Under the pieces are notes generated by a model. That model had not been told where the DNA came from, made no database searches, and saw only the letters and a list, made by a program, of their open reading frames with translations. From Fistulifera solaris (Eukaryota): a stretch of DNA of 64,000 nucleotides. The stretch spans positions 930,001 to 994,000 of the forward strand of contig AP026136.1 of the NCBI GenBank assembly GCA_030295235.1. The letters are read 5' to 3'. This document shows positions 11,331 to 23,661 of this stretch, in pieces (position 1 is the first letter of the stretch; every line of letters starts with the position of its first letter). The position numbers and the translations under genes are program-made.

Positions 11331-12659
11331 CTAGACAACCAGAGACGGCTCCTCTTCGTCGCCGGAAGAGTCATTTTCAACGTAAGCTTCCATGCCAGGC
11401 CCAAACGAGACGAGTAGCAGGTCACTTTGAGCCGCAATTGGAGGAGGAAACGTTACAACAAATGTAGTAGAGCCGTCATCACTTGCGCTTTCCCAAGTAG
11501 TCGTCGTACCAAGAAACGGCAATTCGATGCGCTGTCGTAGAGCTTCGGGGATAGATAGTTCATCGTTCAAATGTATGCTTTCAGCGAACAAACCACTCTG
11601 ACTCGTAAATTTCTCAGAGCTCAAAGGAAAGGGTTCTTTGGCGGTATCGCTTATAAGATGTTGTCTAATAGAGTGCGGCAAACGTTCAACGCCAACCGGT
11701 TTACACTCCATATCCCAGATATTGACGAGAAAGGTCACTCGAATGTTCGAGTAGCTTCTATTGTCGCCAACGCCAGGTCGCCGTAGTGAATGGTTCGCTG
11801 GTGCCCCATGAAGAAGTCGGCCATCAAAGACAAGATGATTTCCTTGTCGAGGGTAACTCAAGAGCATCTCGGAGATAGTCTCATCTTCAGGCTGATCATA
11901 ACGCTTAGAAAATACGACAGTTGGGGGAGCATCACCGGAGTCCGTCAGATACGTGACAGTCGATATCAATGGGAAAACACCAATTCCAAACTTCTCAGCG
12001 ATGGTCTCATCTTTATCATAGTGTAGATCAACCGCTTCAGAGGCATTGTCTAGCGTTCGGACTTCCCCACTCGCTCTTTGCGATGAAACATTTTTGACTT
12101 GCACCCACCATTCGGCTCCATATCCTTTCAAACTATACCTTTGACAGTGACCATCCAAGATAGTATAGGCAAGTAATTCAAGTTCACTTAATTCTAGTGG
12201 ATCAAGCGATGGATCTACCCAAAACGTTTCCTTGGAATGCTTCACTAGCGTTTGCGTCTGAAGCTGTAATCTGTCAGCGAGTTCCTTTCCTTCAATCAGT
12301 GAAAAAAGGCGACTGTCTTTGACAGAAGTCAGTGGTCTATTGGTCGATGGTTTCTGGCTTAGGCAGGGTCTGCCGTTCAGTAATCGCTTCGCCTCTCGAT
12401 CTGACTCAGTTTCGATCCTGCAGCCGACCAGGATCTGTCTACAATCACAATAGCACGGGCCCATACCCACATACTCTAACCCATCATGATCGGCGTGACA
12501 ATGGTCAGCACAAGCTTGGCAAAGGCAGAGCAGCTGGCCGTCTTCGGGCGTACATGAGTGACACACAAAGATCGACTGAAAAACTGACTTGGATTGCGTC
12601 AAAGGGAAAGTGCAGTACTGGCACCTTTCATCAATTGCAGAGCCTTGCTGATCCGTCAT
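11331..12659 (-). CDS. UBR-type zinc finger fused to 2OG-Fe(II) oxygenase-like domain
   Basis: 'CT...QSIFVCHSC...CLCQACADHCHADH...CYCDC' UBR-box pattern; 'LHYDKDE', 'FDGRLLHG', 'RVTFLVNIW' HxD...H...R pattern. Confidence 0.75.
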   Translation of the reverse strand: MTDQQGSAIDERCQYCTFPLTQSKSVFQSIFVCHSCTPEDGQLLCLCQACADHCHADHDGLEYVGMGPCYCDCRQILVGCRIETESDREAKRLLNGRPCLSQKPSTNRPLTSVKDSRLFSLIEGKELADRLQLQTQTLVKHSKETFWVDPSLDPLELSELELLAYTILDGHCQRYSLKGYGAEWWVQVKNVSSQRASGEVRTLDNASEAVDLHYDKDETIAEKFGIGVFPLISTVTYLTDSGDAPPTVVFSKRYDQPEDETISEMLLSYPRQGNHLVFDGRLLHGAPANHSLRRPGVGDNRSYSNIRVTFLVNIWDMECKPVGVERLPHSIRQHLISDTAKEPFPLSSEKFTSQSGLFAESIHLNDELSIPEALRQRIELPFLGTTTTWESASDDGSTTFVVTFPPPIAAQSDLLLVSFGPGMEAYVENDSSGDEEEPSLVV

Positions 12660-13175
12660 AGCAAGGTGTCTTTGCTTAATTTGTAGTCTTGCTGAATCCT
12701 AAAGGAAACATCATGATGTGATGCTACGGAAGAAAATGTTCTCGGAACACATCACGCATCGGAGGGAAACGGAAGAAAAAGTCGCAAATGTGACGGGTGG
12801 CGAAGCGAAGATTGTGACGCCATACGTAATACGTACTTCGTAAGTAAGAAAGTAAGATCTTGACGGTTTTTATTTACATAATACTTTGATGCTAAGACTG
12901 TGAAGACGGACGCTGTGATGAGAACTGAGACAATAAAAAGTCCCGCATATTTAAGTCACGTGTTAGGTGTTAGGCATTCCGAAAATCCATCTCAAGGCAA
13001 TAACCAAGACATAAACTTTAAAAATGTGTTGCATCGGTTTCAATCAAGTCAACAAGCTCGTTCAAATGCAGCATCGATTCACTTATAGGACAAGCATCGC
13101 TTCCATACAGTACCAACAACAGACATAAAGTCAAATCAGAGCGTAGTATATTGTGTTTATGAGCATAACAACTAA

Positions 13176-14546
13176 TCAATCAAGCTGCCAGCACTTGATA
13201 GTTTGATCGACGCTCGCAGAAACGAGCACAGGGAATTTGTGATGCATGTCAATCGAAGAAATAAAATGATCGTGTGCTTTTTCTATGGTCCGCAGACATC
13301 TTTCAGCCTTGATGTCAAACACTCGTATCGTTTTATCGTCAGAGCAGCTTATTAGATAATTGCCATTCGGATGAATGAGGACACTTTGAACCCAGTTTTC
13401 GTGCGCTTTGAAGACTGCTAGGCAAGACCCTTCCGATACTTTCCACAAACGTACGGTGCGATCTCTTGATGCTGATGCTAAATAGTCGCGAATCGATTCT
13501 GTGTGTTTGTTTTCTCTCGCCACGACTTTCAGAGGTTCCTCTGTAACAAAGGCCAGAGACTCGATAACGTGTTCGTGCCCTCGCAATTCGACCGAAAGCG
13601 TTTTCAATCCATCGTACACACAAATGACCTGATCGTTTCCAGCGGATGCCCAAAGAGCTCCATCCGATTGCCGAACTGCTAAACAACGAACCCAGTTTGT
13701 ATGGTTCGAAAAAGTGTGATCGCAAAATCCGGTTTCAACATCCCACACTTTGACCGTATTATCTCGAGACGCAGAAATTAAATGCTTGCATCCCGCCATC
13801 GTGGCTTCGATACCTGTGGTTGTACTAGAAGGTGATCCTCCTGCTGCAGTCAAGTCGAGTGATGGCAAAAACCTTACACAAGAAATGGTATGGTCGTGTC
13901 CTCGCAGGGTCCGTAAGCAGGCGTGCGTTGTAAAATCCCAGAGTTTGATCGATAAATCTGTCGAACATGATGCCAAATGACTACCCTTAGGAGTAAAGCA
14001 TACAGAATTGACAGTATTCGTATGTCCTTTCAACGTCTTCATGTATTCACCACTTTCATGATCCCAAATCTACGTTTCCAAGGTGAGACGGAAGATATCA
14101 AAATGTGACACAAAACGACCTGTTCCCCATTTACCTTGATGGTTCCGTCTTCGGATCCGCTGACTACGACGGTATAATCTGGATGTAAGGCGATTGCCGT
14201 GACACCCATCGAATGCCCCTTCAATGTATGAGTGGGGGAAATCGCGGCAATAGACGACGCTGCCCCCCTCCGGCGTCGGTCACGACGCGATGCGCATGAA
14301 TTTTCACCGATTCGGCCGCCTGTCGCTCCAACTCCAGTACTTTCTTCTGTAGCCGCGGAATAGCAATCCATTTCTTTTCCAACAGCGGTATTTTGCCGGT
14401 GGACGACCCGTTGGTTTTGCCACAGGCTTCGGGGTCACCCTCCGCGAGTGCGTCGGCCGCTTTTTGAAGGCTTCGCCGGATCTGCTCCTTAAGTATTCGT
14501 AGATTCCGGCGTGTAGATCTGTTCTTTGTCGATCTGTCAAAACCAT
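13176..14546 (-). CDS. LIS1: LIS1/PAFAH1B1-like dynein regulator (LisH, coiled coil, WD40)
   Basis: '[19 protein letters not shown]', '[20 protein letters not shown]', WD40 repeats (GH...WD). Frameshifts at ~14460 and ~14265; intron ~14071-14133. Confidence 0.88.
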
Positions 14547-15007
14547 CGCTCTTTTTAATTGTCAACAAGAGCTAAACGGAGTTTGTTCTTGTCCTTATTA
14601 GGTCTTATAATGATTATACTCATTCATGACGGTCTCATGGTCACGCACATTGGCGCAAGAAGGGCTGCGCGTTGCTCAGCGCGCAGTCATTCGCAATATG
14701 GAACAATCAGTGGCATTTTCTCCTCCATCTTGCACTTCGAAAGTTCCAACCGAAGCTTTAGCCGTTGAGAATTTTTATGTGCACAGTAAATTGGCCGATG
14801 TACACCGAAGTTCCATGTCATGAAACAAGTAGCCTTAGGGGAGTTTGAACTGCTGCGATCATGGCTTTGAATAGTAAAAACCAACAAATCAAACGATCCT
14901 TCTGTTGCACTGTAACACGACAAATCATCAAATGAAAGCATCAACAAACGTCTTTATTCCCCTATCCCTTCTATAATAGCTACTCTTTCACGTTAAAGAC
15001 ATCTAAT

Positions 15008-16966
15008 ATGCGTCACCGGTTCTTAATAGCTTTACTTTCTATTATATTGACGGCTTCTGCTGAAGACGAATGCGGCCTGTATCTCGCCATTTCGTCAACC
15101 GCTACAGCGGAAGAAAATACTTGGGGAGTCTACGCAGGGCGCGATATTCCTGCCCACAGCACCATAGGATTTCCTGAGATTGGTATCAACATGCCTCACT
15201 TGAAAGCAAATACGTATTTTGCGGAAGACGGCGATGAAGAAGACGAGGAATACCTGGGGCAGATTGTTGATTTCCTCGAATCGAACATTTGGGTGCCCGG
15301 ACCGGCGGGAGCCTTGTTCGAGCTGGCCAAGGGACGAAGTACTTCAGCAATTCCCGGTGCAGGTGCTCTAGCGGCTTTCAATACGAAATTGACCAATATA
15401 GAGTGGAATGCTACGGCTGCCTACATGAAGCCCTATTGGGGAGAGGAAATGGAAAAGACGCATTCCAATCGAGGTGCGATCTCTCCATTCTATCATGTCA
15501 TGGTGCAAAGTAAGGTGGATATACCGGCTGGTTCGGAACTTTTTATGGATTGTGAGTCACCCGATTGCGTACTGTGATTTTAATTCGAGACAAAATCCTT
15601 ATTTCTTTTCGACACTCACATCGTTGTCGTACTTTCAGACGGTGAAAACTGGGCCAATGACGAAGAAGAAGCCGATCTTCACGGCGAAGACTGGGACAAA
15701 CTTGATCAAACTATTGACGACATGATACAATTCTTTGACAAACACAAAGAGAAACTTGATGCTGACGCCAAGCTTCAAGTTTACAACTTTTGCTCAAGGA
15801 TGTGATGAATGCCGCGGTTGGAGTCGACAAGGCGCATCGCATTACGAGTATCCTTCCCCCCTCAACCGGACGATCTCTACCAGGTAAAAGAAGCTGGAGG
15901 TGCTCTCAAATACAGTGAACCCGACGTTTATCGCAAAATCGAGTGGCTGAAACAATACGGTCGTTGTATGGATAACATTAAACCAGGTCCATCTACGATC
16001 CCCAGTGCGGGTCGAGGAGCTTTTGCGAACCGCAATATTCCACAAGGAGGTCTCGTTGCGCCTGTCCCCTTGGTCCACATTCCGGATTCTATCATTTTCG
16101 ATATCCATGATCTTACCCTTTCGGAGGACGGCGATTACATGCGCGAGTCGGACGATGTTGTGCATCGCCAACTACTTTTGAACTATGTGTACGGGCACCC
16201 AGAATCCAGTATGGTGTTCTATCCAACCGGATCGACCGTTTCATTTATAAATCATGGTGATGAACCGAATGCGAAACTGGTATGGTCCGATCACCCTAGC
16301 AATTCCAAAGTTTGGTTTGAAACGGAACCCGAAGAACTTATCTCCGAAGAACACCAACATATTGGCCTTTTGATGGAAATCGTTGCTATCAGGGAAATTA
16401 AGGAAGGTGAGGAAATATTCATTGATTACGGAAAGGAATGGAAAGAGGCATGGCAGGAGCACAACAAAAAATTTGACCAGTTGCTAAAAGAGGGTCAGAT
16501 TCCTAAGAAATGGCCTGTTCGAGCCGTGGATATGAACAATAAGTACCAGTCGGTCGGATACAGGACGAAAGAGGAACTCGAGAACGATCCTTACCCGGAA
16601 AACGTCCGCCTGGCTGCGTTCATCGTTTTAAAGGGAGGTAAACAGACTGGTATGACGAAAGAGAATGCTTACGAATGGGGCTTCCAGGAAGAAGAGAGTA
16701 GCTTTCACCATGATCAACTTCGTACTGTTGAAATAGTGCAGCGTCGATCAGTGGAGGAATCGAAGTCAGCGGTTCCCTACGTGTACCTCGTCAAATCGAT
16801 CAGTAACAAGAAGAGAGAAGTTTTCATTGACAATGTTCCCCATGAAGCAATTGTTTTCGTCGACGCTCCTGGTACAAGCGATCAATTCTTCAACGATAGT
16901 TTTCGTCACTACATCGGAATTCCTGACGAAATATTCCCTCAAGGCTGGCGGAATGCAATTAAATAG
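15008..16966 (+). CDS. Signal-peptide-bearing diatom double-SET-domain protein
   Basis: Signal MRHRFLIALLSIILTASA; SET motifs WGVYAG/DIPAGSELF and GRGAFA/INHG/IKEGEEIFIDYG; C-terminal FRHYIGIPDEIFPQGW. Intron ~15553-15639 plus frameshifts. Confidence 0.85.
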
Positions 16967-17428
16967 GATTAATACTCAACTTTAAAGACGCATGGTTAAT
17001 ATTTGTCACCGTCTATTGACAATAACATTCTTTTATTTATCGCTAAAGCACCGGTGACGCTAACATGAAAGAAAAAGACAATAAAGAGAAACCTCAAAGT
17101 CTAAAGTAGTGCTTCTATTGGGTATCAATTGATGGGAAATCACAGAGTAAAGATGATTATCTATCGTGTTGTAATCATAGAGACCATAGCTGGCCATAGC
17201 ATCGTTGTGGGAGGTGCGCCTGTCAGCCGTCAATCTCTTGCACACGTCATCACGACGAAGCCTGATTTTCGTGAACATCTCGCCGTCCTGTTGCATTTTT
17301 TGAAAACAACAGCACACCTGTTATTATTAAGCCATCGATTATCCAATAGGTTCACGCTCATTTAGCGGGTGTCAGCTTCTTTCATTCGCCGCATTTAGTT
17401 CGTCGAAAGAAGGAACAGTTAGGCAGCA

Positions 17429-18060
17429 ATGCAATCCGCAACATCCGTGTCCTCTTCATCAGCCCGCATCGCTGCCGAGAATTGCTCTCGGCGATTACGC
17501 AATGTATTATTTCTTTCTCTTGTTTTAATCAATCTACTCTCGGAATGTCCTTGCAACGCTTTCATTCTCAGCGGGAGACACTTTCGTCGCAACCGAGCGT
17601 TATCATTGTCAATGGCAGTGGGAAAAACAGGTAGCAAAGTTATCGAATCACCCGATCAATATGCCGAGATGGTGTCAACATCTAGCAAAACACGTCCCGT
17701 TCTTATTTTTTGGACTGCACCTTGGTGGTAAGTTAGAAGGGGACTCAATACATCTAGATGGCGTACAAAGGGTTCTCATACTGCGTCTCTCTTTGTTGTA
17801 GCGGTCCCTGTCGTCTTAGTGCACCCGTTGTTAAAGAGGTCATGAAACAATTCTCCGGAGACATCGAGGTTGCGGAAGTATGTACAGATGATTTACCAGA
17901 AGTTGCCTCAGATGCCGGTATCGTTAGTATACCAACGATACAGCTGTGGTATGAGGGAAAGCTTCGAGATACGATCATTGGGTGTGTTGCAAAGAGTGTG
18001 TTGGCTACCGCAGTTGAGAAAGTACTGGAAGACACGACCCAGCAAAAGAAAAGCCTTTGA
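17429..18060 (+). CDS. Plastid-targeted thioredoxin (m-like)
   Basis: WCGPC active site is rebuilt by splicing intron 17728-17801 (TG|gtaagt...tag|C). 'CNAF' bipartite motif; 'GIVSIPT' cis-Pro motif. Confidence 0.9.
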
Positions 18061-18153
18061 TAATCTTTTAAAGCTACAAGTAAAACAATTCTAGCATGGC
18101 CAATCCATTCGTCTGATTGCTTAAGAAACGCTAATTGTCGCTTGATCTTGCAA

Positions 18154-20027
18154 TCACGGCCGGAGATCTCGCCATGCTTGTGGGAACATTTCATCCGGAA
18201 TTTCAATCCAATGTCGGAACGCTCCAAATGTGTGCATATCTGACATGTACGGCTTTTCTAGTAGAATAATTGCGGAATGGGGCACTCCTTTGACTTCAAC
18301 AATGTCGTTGCTTCCTTTAAACCTGGTCAAAACGGTGTAGGTATACCCCGATATTTCATCGCCTTGAGAGCTCTGCAAATCACACACCATTAAACTCTGA
18401 CCCTCGAAGTCTTCGTAACTTCTGGGTCCGATCCACTGAAAAATCTCTTGGCCGTCGGCGTTATCTTTGGGCTCTCCATCCGCTACGGCATCTGTTTCGA
18501 GAAAGCATGCCGTAAACGAACTTGGTGGGTACGGGATTTGCTTCCTTTCAAATCCGTCGGGTACGGTTTGGTTTTGAATTCTACTCGAGCGTCTTCCGAT
18601 CGTCGTGGCCATACGTCGCCGGTTGTATCCAAGTATTCATCAAATCGTATGAGATGTTCTTGCCATGAATTTTCCCAGCTAGGTCCGTAGTCGATGAAGA
18701 TCTCTTCTCCTTCTTGAATGTCTCGGTCAGCAATCAAGAGGAAAACGAGCTGGGGATCTACTTCCGCCATGTTCCATTCACGGAAGTCTATATCGTGTAT
18801 ACCATGATCAAAGCCTACATGGTCATGAGATGACCACAGAAGGCGTGCGTTCGGATGCTGCGCATGATTAATCAAATTCACCATGGGACTTGTGGGTACC
18901 ATGAGAAGACTAGATTCTGCGTGTCCGAAAGCATAATTCAGTAACAACTGCTGCCCTATTGGTCGTTCACGGTCGTAGGTGATTCCTACCTGGCCATTTT
19001 CATCGGTGTAGTCTGTGATCATGAACATGTCGAGAATGTCTTCGGCCAGGATAGGTATCATCGGCATGGGGGCGATCACTTCACCTTCCTTGAAAGAGCG
19101 ACTCGCAAATGCTCCCCGACCAGCATGTGGAATGGTACTTGTTCCGCTGCGTAGATAGTCTACACAGAGTCCATGTGTTTCCAGCCACTCAATCGATTTG
19201 ACTAAATCCTGATTGCGGTACATGAATGCGCCGCCAGCTTCAATGGCTTTTCTCACTTTAGCTGGTGTTTGCGGAAGTAGCGACCTCAGGACCTTACCAC
19301 GTTTCCCTCCCACTTCTTCGACCATTGTATCGAGAATGAAATCCAAGACATCTTGTTGAAAGCTTCCTTTCATTTCTTTCTCGTATTTGTTCCTAAAGGT
19401 TGCAATCTTCGCCAGAATATCTTCAGCCTCGTTATAGTCTAAGCGAGTGATGCGATCCTGATACAAGTCTTCACGGTCGTCATCGAAAACGTCGCCTAAA
19501 TTTGCAAAAAGTTCCATTCCCGCTGGAATATTTTGAACCGCCCGCATCGTAAGATTGTAATAGTTGGTAAAGGCGCCTCTCCCCGGCGATGCCTTGCCCT
19601 CTTCGACGACGCCATCTTGACGCTCACGGAGCAGAACTCCGGCTTGAAACCAGTCAATATTGTAGTATCCAGAATGATGATTCGCGATGGTAGCGACTCC
19701 CGGACTGAATAGTGTTGTCGTGTGATTCCCTTCCCATTGCATGCCCGCAAACGACGACATCCAAACCTTTCCCTCTAGGAACTGGATGATGGCATTGTAC
19801 AGCTCAAAGTTCTCCTGATCCACGTAATTGCCTATCGCTATATCCACTAGTGGTATTCCGATCTCTGGGTTGGGAAGAGTCTCGTTTTGTCGAAAGTCAA
19901 CACCCGCAAAGAGCCCGAATTTCGGATTGTCGTCTCGGTAGAAATGCGATTTAGCAATGTAGAGGCGGCATGTTTCTGCGACAGCAACGGGAAGGAGCAG
20001 CAGTCCCGCGGCTCGGAAAAGCAGCAT
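18154..20027 (-). CDS. Second signal-peptide-bearing double-SET-domain protein (paralog of 15008-16966)
   Basis: Signal MLLFRAAGLLLLPVAVA; FGLFAG/NIPAGMELF, GRGAFA/INHA/IQEGEEIFIDYG; C-terminal FRHWIEIPDEMFPQAW after a frameshift at ~18545. Confidence 0.85.
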
Positions 20028-20396
20028 TTTCGTTTAGTGATAAGTAATTTTACTTTTGTTTTCTATTCAGTGACTTCTTGCTGCATCAAGATCATTATTA
20101 TTTGACGTCAAGATCATTATCGCTGGATCGATTTTTTGAACCGTTCGAAAAGCGACCGTTGATTGGTTTTTGCAATTTGCAACCCTCGCAGTCCCGAGAT
20201 ATTTGGTTCCCGAATAGACGTATGTACTGGCAGACGTTGCTCTTTCCGTCTTCGGCTTCTTTCTCCCTTATCTGCGTCATCGGATGGCCCACTCTTTATT
20301 ATTGCCGTCAAATTTCCTTTGGTGCTTCAACATTCTTTTTCTTTTAGTCGAACCTCTTTTTCATTCGCCTTTACGAGTATATTAGTTGTAATTATC

Positions 20397-20642
20397 ATGA
20401 AGTCTTCGTCCATCGCCATCTGTGTTGCTGTTTGCGCCATGGCCCAGGCTTTCTCTGCCCCGCCCGCGTTTGTACGAACTGCTTTGACCACGCAACTCTT
20501 TTCGGAGCCCAACAATAACAGTGAAGAAGAGGAAGGTGGCTTGGATTTGGATCTTGGAGAAATGTTTGAAATGTTCGAAGCGGCTGCCAAGGAGGAAAAA
20601 TTCGATGATGCTATCAAGAAAGTCAAGAAGGGGGACAAGTAA
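20397..20642 (+). CDS. Small plastid-targeted acidic protein, unknown function
   Basis: MKSSSIAICVAVCAMAQAFSAP bipartite presequence, '...TQLFSE' transit end, ~45-aa acidic mature part. Confidence 0.7.
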   Translation: MKSSSIAICVAVCAMAQAFSAPPAFVRTALTTQLFSEPNNNSEEEEGGLDLDLGEMFEMFEAAAKEEKFDDAIKKVKKGDK

Positions 20643-20796
20643 ATTAACAGGATATTATATAAAACTGATGAGTCGACGAGTGATATAATTACTGCTTTCA
20701 GATTTGTCTGATAAGAAATAAGCGGGCTATTTTATCGTAGCTTTCATCCGAGTACATTTATTTGTGTATAGCATAGTGAGTTCGCCTGAGTTTTGT

Positions 20797-21210
20797 CTAG
20801 TTCATTTCAACCGGTGGCAGCATATCGGCCGGAATGAATTCACGAGAAATCATGAATGGAATCAGAAATAGAACCGGTAGTAAGGAAATGAGTGTGTAAA
20901 GAATAACCCGCGCTTGTTTGGGATCCGATAGATCCGGATTGAGCACTCCTTCAGCCAATTCTTCACCTTGACTGATGAACGGCGCGACGACTTTTTTGGT
21001 TTTGGTTTCGTCTTCCCCTGTATCGTCTCCCAATTCCACCACAGCTTCTTCTTTGTCACTCATAAAGATTGGTGAAAGCCGGAAATGTTTGCTTTGTGAT
21101 CGTTGTATAAATGAGAGCTGTGAATCCGAGCGCCCATTCGTGAAGCCAACTACAGAATGTTCTGCAATCAGACATAGGAAGGCTGCCACTAAAACGGATA
21201 GCAGCTGCAT
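20797..21210 (-). CDS. Small plastid-targeted single-TM protein
   Basis: Signal ending 'VVGF', transit peptide, C-terminal TM 'VILYTLISLLPVLFLIPFM'. Confidence 0.7.
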   Translation of the reverse strand: MQLLSVLVAAFLCLIAEHSVVGFTNGRSDSQLSFIQRSQSKHFRLSPIFMSDKEEAVVELGDDTGEDETKTKKVVAPFISQGEELAEGVLNPDLSDPKQARVILYTLISLLPVLFLIPFMISREFIPADMLPPVEMN

Positions 21211-21469
21211 TGTTCTGTGTTGGAAATATAATGTTACTAAATAATACTAAAGGACAATATCTATTATCTTTCGTGTGCTGGAAAAGTCAGCACATCGCCG
21301 TCAATCATAAGATGTCCAGCTTTACATCACCCAAAAATCGTGTTTGGTTTTCAATTTTCCTTCCATGCGAATGACGTACGAAACAGTCAAGAGCTCACTA
21401 TCCCTGGCCCTAATAATCTACCAGGTAGTCGATTACATTGTTATCATAAACTATATTTTCCTTGTCGAA

Positions 21470-22520
21470 TCAACTAGAGACTAGAGACCGCCATCGATCG
21501 ATATCTAAAGGCTTACCCACCGCATTTTTTTTCTACAATGCTACCTGTTCGAGCATCTAGAACAGCTAAATGAGGGATCCCTTTGACACGAATGTATGAC
21601 ATGAGTTCTTCCCGCGCGTCCTCCTCGTGAGCAACGGCTAGCCACGGCATGTGACTGTAATAGCTTTTAAAGCTATTCGCATCGTGATCAGCCGATAAAA
21701 AGACGACTTCAACAGTTTTGTTCGGACCAAGCGAATTGTACCACTTGGACAGCATCGGTGTGAACTGTCGACAAGGACCACACCAAGACGCTGATGCATA
21801 CAGCAAGACAAATTCTTTTCCTCCGAGTGCATCGACCAGAGGAAGACCAGACGAACTCGAAGAATGTTTTAGCAACGTCCCTTTCTCCAGAGAGCGAAAC
21901 AAGCGCTTGATACCGTCCGAAAGTCCAATGGCTGTGACCGGAGTGGACGGAACGGAAAAGGGCAATGGTGATCCCACCAAATTTGGCCGAACACGAAACT
22001 GATAGCCGGCCGGGTTACTTAAATTATTCTTTTCACTTGCGTATTGGAAAAGTTACTCGCAATAGTGACCCATTCACTACCACCGATGTTTTCTCTCATT
22101 TGAAGGGCATAATCCGTAGCACCGTCATGGGGTTTCCAGGAAATAATCAAAGCATCATTCGCACCTGCAAGAGTTACACTGGGTGGAAGAGGTCGGGATT
22201 TTTGAGCATCACTGGTTAGCAATTCGAAAGCATTCGCGTGAGTGATCCACGTTGTGGGAAGGGATGAACTATCGGATCCATTGAGACGAGCGCCAACCCG
22301 GAAGAAATACCGACCCGGAGTTTCGTCCTCTCCCGATGTCAAGTTTTTTCTTTTTGGCTTGCGTTGAAGTGAGCTTATCACTCAAAGTTTCAAAATCAGA
22401 GTTCGTATTGTTATCGCTGCCTGCTCTGCAATACTGCAACACGTAACGGTCAGCATCCTTCACGGCAGTCCATGAGATCGTCATTGAGTCATCAGTTGCG
22501 TCAACAAGTATAATTGTCAT
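21470..22520 (-). CDS. FN3-repeat plus nucleoredoxin/tryparedoxin-like protein
   Basis: Two FN3-like strands ('SMTISW...YVLQY', 'ALIISW...YALQ', 'YFFRV'), then 'LYASASWCGPCRQFTP', 'EVVFLSAD', 'MPWLA', 'VKGIP'. Joined across frameshifts in poly-A tracts. Confidence 0.8.
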
Positions 22521-23415
22521 CTTTGCTTTCAGCTAATCTTCAAAAATTGGATTATTCGTAAAATGACGTGGGAAAGGTGAGCGATACAAGTACCATCAAG
22601 AAAAGAGAGCATAAGATTGTGAATGAAGAATGAAGAATGAAAATACGATTGAGAAAGATGGCGGCGGGAGGAAAAAATTATCGCATCAAGCTCCTGTAAG
22701 GTTAGCTTTTCATGACTGAAATGCAGTCATGGTAAAGTTTATACTACACTGGAGTAGACCCAGATATGATTTTATTTTGCTTAGCCCGTGTTCGTGACAA
22801 ACCTTCACAATTCACAAGAGGGACTGGGAACTGGGGGCATAATAAATGACGTTTTCCACTGTCGTCTACCTCTACTATCAACAAGAATCAAGAATGTCTT
22901 GCAGAAGTTGACGCCCAACGAGAATTTAGAATTTTGCCCCCGGAATTTCGGAAAGAACAGTCTTAGTCACAAAGTCACACAGCAAGGAATGTTAATGTCG
23001 CAGTCATGATAAATTCAGACGTCACAAAACCGTTAGGAACTCCGTTCACCGTTAAGTCTATATAGATTGGAAAACGGCAGTCACTATACGTTTTATTATT
23101 TGATTACCGTAAAGTGACTTAACACGATTTACAAATATTGTTTTCTCGCTTCGACCTTCGAATAGAAAGGAAGTTCCGCGTCGCGTGTTTGAGGGTTTTG
23201 CCTTGACACCAAAGAGTCTTTGTTCGCTCAGCCGAGTTTGTTCTCATTCTTCACATTCGCATAAATTCGTGTTAATAACCACAACAACCCCCAAATATAA
23301 AAAGACGGACCTTGTTGAAAACATCAACCGCGTCAACCAGAAAGCCCTATCGAAAGATAAATTCTTGAAAATTACGACTCCATCGAATAATCACAAAACC
23401 TCTCACTCTGACACC

Positions 23416-23661
23416 ATGCACTCCACGATTGAAAGACATGCACTCACTTCTGAAGAACCTACCTTTATCATCAACCCACAACGCAAGCAAACTGTCTGGA
23501 GTGGTCGATACAGTCCGGGTGTTACAGGTAGTCCACCAATGTCATCTTGCAGTGACGTGATGAAGATTTACGAGGCGTGCAAGTTAGACTCGACCGAAAG
23601 CATGTGCAAGTCCGCGGCGAGCTACTTCCGCATTTGCGCGAATGGTTTGATAGATGAATAA
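23416..23661 (+). CDS. Small twin-CX9C (CHCH-like) protein
   Basis: 81 aa from ATG 23416; C-SDVMKIYEA-C and C-KSAASYFRI-C. Confidence 0.6.
   Translation: MHSTIERHALTSEEPTFIINPQRKQTVWSGRYSPGVTGSPPMSSCSDVMKIYEACKLDSTESMCKSAASYFRICANGLIDE

Noticed and set aside
17711..21800. Selenoprotein thioredoxins
   Set aside because: Both active sites are plain Cys WCGPC; no in-frame TGA at catalytic positions.
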